From Bacillus sp. (in: firmicutes) (GTDB lineage: Bacteria; Bacillota; Bacilli; Bacillales; Cytobacillaceae), in NCBI GenBank assembly GCA_039832695.1, contig JBDOMM010000038.1:265-64264 (forward strand): a DNA stretch of 64,000 bases, written 5' to 3'. Below are positions 1 through 9,484 of this stretch, piece after piece. Position 1 is the first letter of the stretch. Every line of letters begins with the position of its first letter. The position numbers and the translations under genes were made by a program. Under the pieces are notes generated by a model, which saw nothing but the letters and a program-made list of their open reading frames with translations, was not told the DNA's origin and ran no database searches.

Positions 1-31
1 AGGTTGACTCAGTCAACCTCTTCTTTACTAT

Positions 32-1726
32 TTATAGTTTTTTATCATCAACCGAATTCAACCAATTTTCAATTTCACCAACGACAGATTCTACGCAGCC
101 ATTTTCAAAAGGAGAAATAAGGTTTGCTTCTTCCACTAGTTTAGTAAATGACAAACTTCCTCCTAGTTTACAAAGCTTTACATAATCACTCCAAGCCTCT
201 TCTTGATTTTCTCTTGATCGTTTCCAAAATTGGAAGGCACAAATTTGTGCAAGAGTATAATCGATATAATAAAAAGGTGAATTGTAAATATGGCTTTGAC
301 GCTGCCAGAAGCCGCCGTTTTCTAAGTATTCATTCCCATCATAATCCTTATGAGGCAAGTACTTCTTCTCAATTTCTCTCCATTGAAGGTTACGCTCCTG
401 CGGTGTTGCTGTAGGATTTTCATATACCCAATGCTGGTATTCATCCACGGAGACTCCATATGGAAGGAATAGTAGGGCCTCGCTCAAATGCGAGAACTTA
501 TACTTATCTGTATCCTCCTTGAAGAAAAGCTCCATCCAAGGCCATGTAAAGAATTCCATACTCATGGAATGAATTTCACATGCTTCATAGGTTGGCCAAT
601 AGTATTCTGGAATTTCAAAGTGACGGCTAGAGTATACTTGGAAAGCATGCCCAGCTTCGTGTGTTAATACATCGATATCTCCAGATGTTCCATTGAAATT
701 TGAAAAAATAAATGGAGCTTTATTGTTTTCAATAAATGTACAATAACCGCCAGCAGCTTTTCCTTTTTTAGCAACTAAATCCATAAGGTTATTGTCTTGC
801 ATAAAACGGAAAAACGCTCCTGTTTCCTCTGAAAGTTCTTCATACATTTTTTGACCATTTTCAATGATCCATTCTGGACTGCCTTTTGGAACGGCATTTC
901 CTGTCTTAAAAATAAAGCCTTCATCATAGTATTTTAATTGGTCCAAACCAATTCTTTCTTGCTGACGAGCTTTTAGTTTTGTAGCTATTGGAACAATAAA
1001 ATCCTTCACCTGCTGACGGAAATTCGCTACCATTTCTGCATTGTAGTCTGTTCTCATCATTCGATAGTAACCTAGCTCTACAAAGTTTTTATAGCCAAGT
1101 GTCTGAGCAATCTCTGTTCTTACTTTTACTAAATCATCAAAAATTCGATCAAGCTCTGCTTGATGTTCAGCGAAAAAGCCAAATCTTGCTTCATTTGCTC
1201 GCTTTCTCATTTCTCTATCAGTTGATTCGGTAAATGGCTGCAATTGAGTTAATGTTCTTTCTTCACCTTCGAAGTCAATCTTTGCCGATGCTATTAGTTT
1301 TGTATATTCAGTGGACAAGCGATTTTCTTTTTGGAGTAATGGGACGATCTCAGGCTTAAATGTCTTCAACTGTCCTTCTGCAAGGGAAAATAACTGCTTA
1401 CCCCATTTTCGTTCTAGCTCTGGACGGAATGGTGATTCCACCAATGCTTGATAATACTTTGTAGCCAACCCCTCAATCTCAGGCTGAATTTCATCCATAA
1501 AGTCTTGTTCCTGCTTGTAAAATTCATCGTTTGTATCAATAGAGTGCCGAATGTAACATAAATTGAACATGGTACCGAGGTCATTTCTAACTGCGTTAAT
1601 TTCATGCATGACTCCACTTTGCTCTTCAACAGACGATGCGCTATTAAAGCGTTTAAGTAAAGTATCAAATTTGGCTGAAACTTCTTCTAAATTCGGACGT
1701 ACATATGTATAGTTTTCAAAGCTCAT
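32..1726 (-). CDS. M3 family oligoendopeptidase (PepF-like)
   Basis: HEAGH zinc motif plus downstream EIHSMSMEF; start refined to ATG 1726 (MSFENY) behind a GGGGG RBS. Confidence 0.92.
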   Translation of the reverse strand: MSFENYTYVRPNLEEVSAKFDTLLKRFNSASSVEEQSGVMHEINAVRNDLGTMFNLCYIRHSIDTNDEFYKQEQDFMDEIQPEIEGLATKYYQALVESPFRPELERKWGKQLFSLAEGQLKTFKPEIVPLLQKENRLSTEYTKLIASAKIDFEGEERTLTQLQPFTESTDREMRKRANEARFGFFAEHQAELDRIFDDLVKVRTEIAQTLGYKNFVELGYYRMMRTDYNAEMVANFRQQVKDFIVPIATKLKARQQERIGLDQLKYYDEGFIFKTGNAVPKGSPEWIIENGQKMYEELSEETGAFFRFMQDNNLMDLVAKKGKAAGGYCTFIENNKAPFIFSNFNGTSGDIDVLTHEAGHAFQVYSSRHFEIPEYYWPTYEACEIHSMSMEFFTWPWMELFFKEDTDKYKFSHLSEALLFLPYGVSVDEYQHWVYENPTATPQERNLQWREIEKKYLPHKDYDGNEYLENGGFWQRQSHIYNSPFYYIDYTLAQICAFQFWKRSRENQEEAWSDYVKLCKLGGSLSFTKLVEEANLISPFENGCVESVVGEIENWLNSVDDKKL

Positions 1727-1819
1727 TAAAGATCCCCCTATCTTTATTTCTACCTTATAATTCTTCGACACTCTACCATCATATTCCTTTTACAAAAAAA
1801 ATACGACCTTTTGGCCGTA

Positions 1820-2260
1820 TTAAAATTTACCTGCAGGTATACCTAATTTTTTTAATAGTTCAATCGCTTCTGATTTTTCCGTATCAGTTAGACTCGACAT
1901 AAGTTGATCAATTTGCTCTGCATGTTCAGGAAAAATATCTTGAATGAACGCTCTTCCCTCTTCCGTAATTTGAGCATATGTTACTCTGCGATCCTTTGGA
2001 CACGCAATTCTTTTTAACATCCCTTTTTGCTCAAGCTTGTCGACTACGTAGGTAATACTTCCGCTAGCTAGCAAAATTTTTCCACCAATTTGCTGCATTG
2101 GCTGGTCTCCTTTATGATAAAGAAGCTCTAATACTGCAAATTCAGTAGGGTTTAAACCGCTTGCTTGAATCACTTTATTCACATGTTCATTAATCGCTTT
2201 ATATGCTCTTGAAAGGACAATAAATAACTTTAATGACTTAGCGACTGAATCATTCTCCAT
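1820..2260 (-). CDS. mhqR: MarR-family repressor, MhqR orthologue
   Basis: SLKLFIVLSRAY...GLNPTEFAVLELLYHKGDQP...LASGSITYVVDKLE is close to recalled B. subtilis MhqR; syntenic with spo0E/mtn. Confidence 0.85.
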   Translation of the reverse strand: MENDSVAKSLKLFIVLSRAYKAINEHVNKVIQASGLNPTEFAVLELLYHKGDQPMQQIGGKILLASGSITYVVDKLEQKGMLKRIACPKDRRVTYAQITEEGRAFIQDIFPEHAEQIDQLMSSLTDTEKSEAIELLKKLGIPAGKF

Positions 2261-2382
2261 AAGAACTCATCCTTTAGATTTGTTTTAAAAATTATCTCGA
2301 TTTCAAAATTATTATAAAAAAATTTTATGATGATGTCAATTTCCATAATTAATTTAAAAACGAGACCCATCATAGGTCTCGT

Positions 2383-3372
2383 CTACTTTGTTTTTACAAT
2401 AGTATCTTTTTGAATAATTCTTTGCTTGATCTCATTTATTATTTGATTTAATCGTTCGTCTCTGTCTTCTGGGGCAATCTTCTTTTGAAATACTGAATAA
2501 AGAGTAATATCTCTTAGCTTTAAGAAAAGTGGTAAATGTGTCTCCCAATTCTCAGGTAATGTATTAAACTCCTTATATCCTTCGATAAAATATGTAAGGA
2601 AATTGCTTGCAAAGTCTGTCTTTTCTTGTTCATCCGCATTCCGCAAACCATAAAAAATAGAATAATAAAGCGGGATGGCAATATCCGATGCAAACCAATG
2701 GTAGCTACAATCGTCAAAATCAAACACATGTACATTCTTTCCGTCATAAAAGAAGTTACCAGAATGAATATCTGTATGGATTAGACCAAAGTTGTCTTTC
2801 GTTTGAGGAAGCTCCCATAGCTCTTTCATAAGGTCATTTGTATTCTTAATAATTTCCGGTTCATCTGGAAAATATGTTTCAACATCGATAAGTTCTTCCT
2901 CATGCCAAAAAGGACGTAATTTCATCCCTTTTTTCGGCTGATATTCCTTCGTTACTGCATGCATTTGACCCGTAACTCTACCCCAAGCAGAAAACAATTC
3001 GTTATTGAATTGATCGGAGTTGACTTTTACAGGGACCCCTTCTACCTTTGTATAAAGACAAGCAAAAAAACTGGACCCATCCGCTGCCTCCAGAGTTTCT
3101 ATTAATTGTCCATTTTTGGAAGGAAATACTTTTGGACAATAAACACCATGTTCGTTCAGGTAGTTCATCCAATCCAGCTCGGCTTCTATGCCAGCCCTAT
3201 TTCGATGGGAGCTATGGGTAATTCTTAAAACCGCTGGATGGTCATTATGAACTACTTCGAATACATAATTCTCAAAGTCTCCTAACTTCTTTACTATTGA
3301 TCCTAATTCAAAATTCGTTAAAAATTGATTGATTACTTCTTGAGTAAATAATACTTCAACAGACTTTTCCAT
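2383..3372 (-). CDS. APH/choline-kinase-like phosphotransferase (YerI/AmiN-like)
   Basis: Brenner motif HTDIHSGN and metal-binding VFDFDD; LRITHSSHR N-lobe. Confidence 0.8.
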   Translation of the reverse strand: MEKSVEVLFTQEVINQFLTNFELGSIVKKLGDFENYVFEVVHNDHPAVLRITHSSHRNRAGIEAELDWMNYLNEHGVYCPKVFPSKNGQLIETLEAADGSSFFACLYTKVEGVPVKVNSDQFNNELFSAWGRVTGQMHAVTKEYQPKKGMKLRPFWHEEELIDVETYFPDEPEIIKNTNDLMKELWELPQTKDNFGLIHTDIHSGNFFYDGKNVHVFDFDDCSYHWFASDIAIPLYYSIFYGLRNADEQEKTDFASNFLTYFIEGYKEFNTLPENWETHLPLFLKLRDITLYSVFQKKIAPEDRDERLNQIINEIKQRIIQKDTIVKTK

Positions 3373-3506
3373 AAATCCCCCTAATTAACCAGTTCTCCCT
3401 TCATTATAATTTAATAATTCCGAATTTAGAAATAAATATTTCTTATTTTCGGTAATCGGTAGTAAGATATGGATAGCAATAAATTTGCATTTTAATAGAA
3501 GAAGGG

Positions 3507-4757
3507 ATGTCAATGAGTCAACAAGCAGCGTTACCCGTAAAAAGTCCAAAAGCTTCAGAGTCTACCATATTTAAAATCCTCTTTATCATCGGGCTTTGTC
3601 ATTTATTGAATGATGCCATCCAAGCTGTTGTTCCAGCTATGTTTCCGATTTTAGAAAAATCGATGGGATTAAGCTTTACGCAACTAGGGATCATTGCTTT
3701 TTCATTAAACATGGTTTCCTCTGTCATGCAGCCAGTAGTTGGATTTTTAACTGACAAAAAGCCCATGCCATATGCTCTGCCTATTGGACTAAGCTTCACT
3801 TTACTTGGAATACTTGCTCTTGGATTTGCTTCGAACTTTGCTTGGATTGTTTTATCCGTGGTATTGATTGGTCTTGGTTCAGCTGTGTTTCATCCTGAAG
3901 GGTCCAGAGTCGCCTATATGGCAGCTGGAAATCGCCGTGGACTTGCTCAATCGATTTATCAAGTCGGAGGAAATACAGGCCAGGCATTGGCTCCAGTAAT
4001 TACGGCGCTCATTTTAGTACCTCTTGGACAAATTGGTGCGTCTTGGTTTACGCTTGTCGCTGCTCTAGCTGTGATTTTATTAATTTATATTGCAGGTTGG
4101 TATAATCAAAGGCTGAGTCATTCTCCCAAACCGGCAAAAGCAAAAAATACCAGCGTGGACAAAAAGGTCGGTTTATCCAAAGAAGTAAAACGTACAATTG
4201 TTTTTATCTTATTACTAATCTTTGCAAGAACGTGGTACACCTCCGGAATGACCAATTTCTATACCTTTTATGCTATTAAAGAATATGAATTTACCATTAA
4301 ACAATCACAGCTCTTCTTATTTGCTTTTCTTGTTTCTGGTGCAATTGGCACCTTCTTTGGAGGTCCACTTGCTGACCGTTTTGGAAAAAAACAGATTATC
4401 GCCTTTTCCATGCTAGCGACCATTCCATTTTCCATTCTGATTCCTTATGTATCGCCAACGATGGCATTTATCTTTTTAATTATTACTGGTTTTATTTTAA
4501 TGACCAGTTTTTCTGTTACAGTCGTCTATGCTCAAGAATTAGTTCCAGGGAAAATTGGTACAATGTCTGGATTAACAGTAGGTCTCGCATTTGGCATGGG
4601 GGCAATTGGATCAGTGGGATTAGGATATATTGCTGACTGGATTGGTTTACAGTCGATGATTACCTGGCTTGGGTTACTACCGCTACTCGGGTTAATCGCC
4701 TTTTTACTACCTTCTGATCAAAAGGTATGGGAGTGGAATCAACAAAACAAAGGATAG
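3507..4757 (+). CDS. MFS transporter, Fsr/YfnC-like
   Basis: About 12 hydrophobic segments; HLLND, FHPEGSR and GPLADRFGKK motifs typical of Fsr-type MFS. Confidence 0.85.
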   Translation: MSMSQQAALPVKSPKASESTIFKILFIIGLCHLLNDAIQAVVPAMFPILEKSMGLSFTQLGIIAFSLNMVSSVMQPVVGFLTDKKPMPYALPIGLSFTLLGILALGFASNFAWIVLSVVLIGLGSAVFHPEGSRVAYMAAGNRRGLAQSIYQVGGNTGQALAPVITALILVPLGQIGASWFTLVAALAVILLIYIAGWYNQRLSHSPKPAKAKNTSVDKKVGLSKEVKRTIVFILLLIFARTWYTSGMTNFYTFYAIKEYEFTIKQSQLFLFAFLVSGAIGTFFGGPLADRFGKKQIIAFSMLATIPFSILIPYVSPTMAFIFLIITGFILMTSFSVTVVYAQELVPGKIGTMSGLTVGLAFGMGAIGSVGLGYIADWIGLQSMITWLGLLPLLGLIAFLLPSDQKVWEWNQQNKG

Positions 4758-4771
4758 GCTTTTGCCTATCC

Positions 4772-5302
4772 TTATTTTATTTCTTGTATTCTTTTGTACA
4801 GTTCTGCTTTTTCTTCATCTGATAACATTCTTTCTGCCATTGGAAATAGGACATTTTCTTCTTTGGAGAAATGTTCAGTTAAGATGAAGTAGGCATTTTG
4901 AATAAGCTCAGCTAACTTTTTCTTTTCCTCAGTGGTCGCTTCAGTACCTTGTGCTCTTTCTAAAAATGAAGCGATGTTTGCTTTCGCTTGATCATGTTCG
5001 TACTCCATTACAGCAATGGGACCTGAGGTTGTTCCAATATAAGCCCCCATCATTGGGAAAAGGACTCCTTCTTCTCGTTCGGAATGTGGATCTAATGCAG
5101 CCTTAAATTCTTTCACCTGTTCGATTAATTCTTTAAAATCTTGTTCTACATTTACTTCTTGATCAATGTTTTGAGTTAAAGTATATAGTTTCTCCAATTG
5201 CTCTAATAATGGAGGATGCTCACTTTTTAATTGTTTTAATCCTTCGCTTAATTCTCCCTGGGGCATACCGCCAAACGCACTCATGCAGCCACTCATTTTC
5301 AT
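4772..5302 (-). CDS. Hemerythrin/HHE cation-binding domain protein
   Basis: Duplicated H-x3-EE-x2-LFPM motif (HSEREEGVLFPM, HFSKEENVLFPM) plus EH residues. Confidence 0.85.
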   Translation of the reverse strand: MKMSGCMSAFGGMPQGELSEGLKQLKSEHPPLLEQLEKLYTLTQNIDQEVNVEQDFKELIEQVKEFKAALDPHSEREEGVLFPMMGAYIGTTSGPIAVMEYEHDQAKANIASFLERAQGTEATTEEKKKLAELIQNAYFILTEHFSKEENVLFPMAERMLSDEEKAELYKRIQEIK

Positions 5303-5357
5303 TCACCTCTTATTATTAATTTGTGTCTTAAGTATAAAATTAACGAAAAAAGGATGT

Positions 5358-5373
5358 AGTGATAGAGGTCACA
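5358..5373 (-). promoter_or_regulatory. Fnr-type box (class II geometry) for the hemerythrin gene
   Basis: AGTGA-TAGAGG-TCACA against TGTGA-N6-TCACA; -10 TATACT at 5336-5331 on minus; centre 29.5 bp from the -10 start. Confidence 0.7.
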
Positions 5374-5520
5374 TTTCTGCGAAATGAGGGAATGATTGTA
5401 GAATTTATGTCATTTTTATGAAACCGTTTTAATTTTTTTGAAAATTTAACATTTATCACACAAAAATTGTTTGAAAGTTTCATATAATGAAGATAGAACA
5501 TGAAAGGGAGGTCCAAACAT

Positions 5521-5868
5521 ATGAAAACCCCAAATTATCATGACTTTTACCAAAAGGCATTAATCCCAATTGGTTATAACGATTTAATCGCCTTAAAGGA
5601 ATCAGATGCTTACATCCCTAACTCTCCTTACACACATTGGCTTATTGCCGTAGAAGGGGTCCAACTCCCACAGCCTACCATCTACTATAATTGGAAAGTT
5701 AGCATATACCCCGCTGATTGTGATGGCGACTTCAATTGGAAAAAACCTTACTACTGTTCTGTAAATATGGAATTAATGGATCAAGCCGATAAATTAGCTT
5801 CTTCATTAGTCTCTTCCGGCAAAAAAGATGAGCTTTCTTCCTCAACCCTTCTAGAAAAAATAAGTTAA
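5521..5868 (+). CDS. Hypothetical protein (115 aa)
   Basis: ORF with GGAGG RBS before ATG 5521 and TATAAT at 5483-5488; no family recognised. Confidence 0.7.
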   Translation: MKTPNYHDFYQKALIPIGYNDLIALKESDAYIPNSPYTHWLIAVEGVQLPQPTIYYNWKVSIYPADCDGDFNWKKPYYCSVNMELMDQADKLASSLVSSGKKDELSSSTLLEKIS

Positions 5869-5994
5869 GCCCCTAACATCCTATCTTCTGCTTCACCTTC
5901 TTTTTACCCTCACTTGTGAAAAAACCTACATATAGTGGTATTAAAGCTTTTTATTATTCTAATCTTCATCCCATCTCTGGCATGGAACCCTTTT

Positions 5995-6735
5995 CGGTAA
6001 AGTAGACTGCGTTTCTACGTTACCGATTTCCCTTTTTCACAAACACTTGGGTCACGGAGACCCTTTTTACGTGACCGTTTCCTCTTTTTCTCATTCACTT
6101 GGGTCACGTAGACCGCCTCTATGTTACCGTTTCCTCTTTTTATCAATCACTTGGGTCACGTAGACCGCCTCTATGTTACCCATTCCTCTTTTTCTCAATC
6201 ACTTGGGTCACGTAGACCCTTTCTACGTGACCGTTTCCTCTTTTTCTCAATCACTTGGGACACGTAGACCCTTTCTACGTTACCGTTTCCTCTTTTTCTC
6301 AATCACTTGGGTCATGTAGACCCTTTCTACGTTACCGTTTCCTCTTTTTCTCAATCACTTGGGTCACTTAGACCGCCTCTACGTTACCGTTTCCTCTTTT
6401 TCTCAATCACTTGGGTCACGTAGACCGTCTCTATGTTACCCATTCCCCTTTTTCTCAATCACTTGGGTCACGTAGACCGTCTCTATGTTACCCATTCCCC
6501 TTTTTCTCAATCACTTGGGTCACGTAGACCGCCTCTACGTTACCGTTTCCTCTTTTTCTCATTCACTTGGGTCACGTAGACCGCCTCTACGTTACCGTTT
6601 CCTCTTTTTCTCATTCACTTGGGTCACGTAGACCGCCTCTACGTTACCGTTTCCTCTTTTTCTCATTCACTTGGGTCACGTAGACCGCCTCTACGTTTCC
6701 CTTTCCTCTTTTTCACAATCACTTGGGTCAAGTAG
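5995..6735. repeat. 52-bp tandem repeat array, about 14 units, each with an 11-bp hairpin
   Basis: CACTTGGG recurs at 6044, 6096, 6148 ... 6720 (exact 52-bp period); consensus CACTTGGGTCACGTAGACCGCCTCTACGTTACCGTTTCCTCTTTTTCTCAAT. Confidence 0.97.
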
Positions 6736-6800
6736 TGCTGATTACTTCTTAGTATATATACATTCCCCAAACCATTTTTTTTTTTCAAATCCCAATAAAT

Positions 6801-6844
6801 AAAAAAGTGCTGTTTACGATTCCTCGTAAACAGCACTTTTTTTC
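6801..6844. terminator. Bidirectional intrinsic terminator after fixX
   Basis: AAAAGTGCTGTTTACGA-TTCC-TCGTAAACAGCACTTTT with flanking A/T tracts. Confidence 0.85.
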
Positions 6845-6846
6845 AT

Positions 6847-7131
6847 CTAAGCCAATCTAAATACGATTCCATGGCCACCCTTTGGATATTCCCACTTAAT
6901 GTTTTGATACGGACAACCAATTCGGCAGCTTCCACATTCATGACAGCCTTCGTAGCCAACCTGCATCCTTGTTCCTTCCCACTTATACACTTCTGCTGGG
7001 CAAAATACTGTACAAAGTTTATCAGGACATTGGGTCATGCACACATCATGATCGAGCACGGTCAAATGGGACTTCGTGTCACACTTAAAACGGAGAAGAT
7101 ACTGTTTTTCTTCAATATTCTTCGTTGACAT
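6847..7131 (-). CDS. fixX: Ferredoxin-like protein FixX
   Basis: CMTQCPDKLCTVFCP and CHECGSCRIGCP cysteine clusters; TAATG overlap with the fixC stop. Confidence 0.88.
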   Translation of the reverse strand: MSTKNIEEKQYLLRFKCDTKSHLTVLDHDVCMTQCPDKLCTVFCPAEVYKWEGTRMQVGYEGCHECGSCRIGCPYQNIKWEYPKGGHGIVFRLA

Positions 7132-8426
7132 TATTTCACCGCCTTCCAAGCACGATAAATATCTTGCAATACTCGAATCGTTCCTCTTTCCGAAGTGACG
7201 CTCTTCATAATCTGCTTTTGCTTTTCCCGTTTTGGCGTTCCATCTACAGTAAAGAATTTGCTCATGGCTTTGTTCATCATTGGTACATATTCATTGAAGT
7301 ATTGTGGATACTTCTCAAACGTATGTGCAGCATCCTTATATTTCTCTAAATCTTTAATAATGAAACTATCATATAATTTCTCACGGTAAAGATTTAAACT
7401 AGACTCTGAGAAATCTCCCCGATGTTTCGCCTCTATTACAGTTTCAGCGGCTAACATACCAGAATGCATCGCCATGTTTGAACCTTCACGGTGAATGGCA
7501 TTAACTAACTGAGCAGCATCACCAACAACGACTACTCCATTTCCAGCTACCTTAGGAACGGAGCGGTACCCGCCTTCTGGGATGAGATGGGCAAGATATT
7601 CTGCCGATTCTCCACCAGCAATTAATGGTTTTACCATAGGGTGTGTTTTCAAGTAATCTAGCAGCTCATACGGCTTTAATTTCGCTTTAATCATACTAGA
7701 AAGTGTGGTACCTACCCCAATGTTAATGCTTTCTTTATTTGTGTAAATAAAGGCTGTACCAAGATTTCCTTTTGTTGAATCCCCAAAGATTTCAATCGTA
7801 CAACCTTGACCATCTTCAAGGTTAAATCTGTCATTAATCTTTTCTTTTGGTAAATTTACCACTTCCATAACGGTTAGTGCTACTTCATCTGGTCGGAATT
7901 CTTTATGGAAGCCCAACTGTTTGGATAAGAGTGAGTTTACTCCATCAGCAAGCACGACAACATCCGCGTATACTTCTCCATCTGGGCGGTCCGTGCGCAC
8001 ACCTACCACCTTGCCATTTTCAACAATACACTCAGTAACAACAGTTTCGTTGATAAGAAGTGCTCCTGCCTGGACGGCTTTTTGAGCAAACCATTGGTCA
8101 AACTGCGCCCGAAGAACAGTAAAGTTATTATACGGCTCTACACCCCATTCAAGACCTTTGTAACCGAATGAAACGACCGATTCTTTATCCATCATCCAGA
8201 AACGCTGTTCAATCACAGGCCTTTCTAGAGGTGCTTCCTTCCAAAACTCAGGAATTAACTCTTCCATTTGTTTTCGGTATAGCACACCACCCATTACGTT
8301 TTTAGCACCTGGATATTCTCCACGTTCAATCAGTAACACGTTTAAGCCATTCCTTGCACATGTAAGAGCACAGGCTGTACCCGCAGGTCCCGCCCCAACA
8401 ATGATCACATCAAATTTTTCAGGCAT
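7131..8426 (-). CDS. fixC: FAD-dependent ETF:quinone oxidoreductase FixC
   Basis: GAGPAG Rossmann motif, ERGEYPGAKNVMGG, VGDAAQLVN; position in etfB-etfA-fixC-fixX order. Confidence 0.9.
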   Translation of the reverse strand: MPEKFDVIIVGAGPAGTACALTCARNGLNVLLIERGEYPGAKNVMGGVLYRKQMEELIPEFWKEAPLERPVIEQRFWMMDKESVVSFGYKGLEWGVEPYNNFTVLRAQFDQWFAQKAVQAGALLINETVVTECIVENGKVVGVRTDRPDGEVYADVVVLADGVNSLLSKQLGFHKEFRPDEVALTVMEVVNLPKEKINDRFNLEDGQGCTIEIFGDSTKGNLGTAFIYTNKESINIGVGTTLSSMIKAKLKPYELLDYLKTHPMVKPLIAGGESAEYLAHLIPEGGYRSVPKVAGNGVVVVGDAAQLVNAIHREGSNMAMHSGMLAAETVIEAKHRGDFSESSLNLYREKLYDSFIIKDLEKYKDAAHTFEKYPQYFNEYVPMMNKAMSKFFTVDGTPKREKQKQIMKSVTSERGTIRVLQDIYRAWKAVK

Positions 8427-9450
8427 AGCTTAATTCACCGCCTTTTTCAATTCTGAGTTGCTTAAATTGCTCGATAAGTTTAGGGACAATTTCTAAAGCG
8501 TCTCCTACAATTCCATAAGTCGCAACATCAAAAATCGGAGCATTCGGATCCTTGTTGATTGCGATGATGAATTCGGAATTCTTCATACCGACAACATGTT
8601 GTATAGCTCCAGAAATACCGATGGCAAAATAAATTTTTGGTGTAACTGTTTCTCCTGTTTGACCCACTTGCTGTTCGTGCGGGAGCCATCCGGCTTCTAC
8701 CACATCGCGTGTACCGCCAACACTGGCACCTATTGTATCTGCCAACTCATGTATTAGCTGGAAGTTTTTTAGATCTCCCATACCTTTTCCACCACATACG
8801 ATGACATGCGCCTCCGCTAAATTGGCTTTTTTTGTTACGTCATTCACAATTTGGAGTACTTTTGTACGCATATCCTCTTCTTGAAGTGAAATCTTTTCTT
8901 CAATGATTTCTCCAATTCTATTTGAATCCGGTTCTAAAGCCTTCATTACTTTCGGCCTTACTGTAGCCATTTGCGGACGATGCTTTTTACAAAGGATGGT
9001 TGCCATAATATTTCCGCCAAAAGCCGGTCTGCTTGCTTCTAGCAATCTATTAGTGGTATCTACATCCAGCATTGTCGTATCCGCAGTTAACCCCGTGTTT
9101 AAATCGGTTGCCACAGCGCTAGCTAAGTCCTTTCCATTTGGTGTTGCACCATATAGGATAATCTCTGGCAAGTATTTTTGAGCCAGTAGCATAACCCCTC
9201 TCATATATGACTCAGTCCGATACTGTTTTAACACTGGATGGTCAATGACATACACCACATCAGCACCAAAGGATATCACCTGGTTTGCTAAAGGTTTTAT
9301 CTCATTTCCGAGTAAAAAACCTGCTAATGGAACTTGGAGTTTATCTGCCAACTTCCTCCCGGCCCCAAGCAACTCTAGTGATACACCCTCAATTTTCCCA
9401 TCAGATTGTTCGATAAAGACCCAGACTCCACGATAATCGTCTAGATTCAT
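8419..9450 (-). CDS. fixB: Electron transfer flavoprotein alpha subunit FixB
   Basis: RPAFGGNIMATI, QVGQTG, GISGAIQHVVGM and AINKDPNAPIF motifs. Confidence 0.92.
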   Translation of the reverse strand: MNLDDYRGVWVFIEQSDGKIEGVSLELLGAGRKLADKLQVPLAGFLLGNEIKPLANQVISFGADVVYVIDHPVLKQYRTESYMRGVMLLAQKYLPEIILYGATPNGKDLASAVATDLNTGLTADTTMLDVDTTNRLLEASRPAFGGNIMATILCKKHRPQMATVRPKVMKALEPDSNRIGEIIEEKISLQEEDMRTKVLQIVNDVTKKANLAEAHVIVCGGKGMGDLKNFQLIHELADTIGASVGGTRDVVEAGWLPHEQQVGQTGETVTPKIYFAIGISGAIQHVVGMKNSEFIIAINKDPNAPIFDVATYGIVGDALEIVPKLIEQFKQLRIEKGGELSYA

Positions 9451-9484
9451 ATAAACCCCTCCTTGCAGCAGTAGATAATCCTTA

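Noticed and set aside
5995-6735. CRISPR or TIGR-type guide array
   Set aside because: Units vary only by scattered substitutions, with no unique spacers and no cas/tas-like gene recognised in the window
5995-6735. Protein-coding repeat
   Set aside because: The 52-bp period shifts frame and every unit carries stop codons on both strands; no ORF in the track
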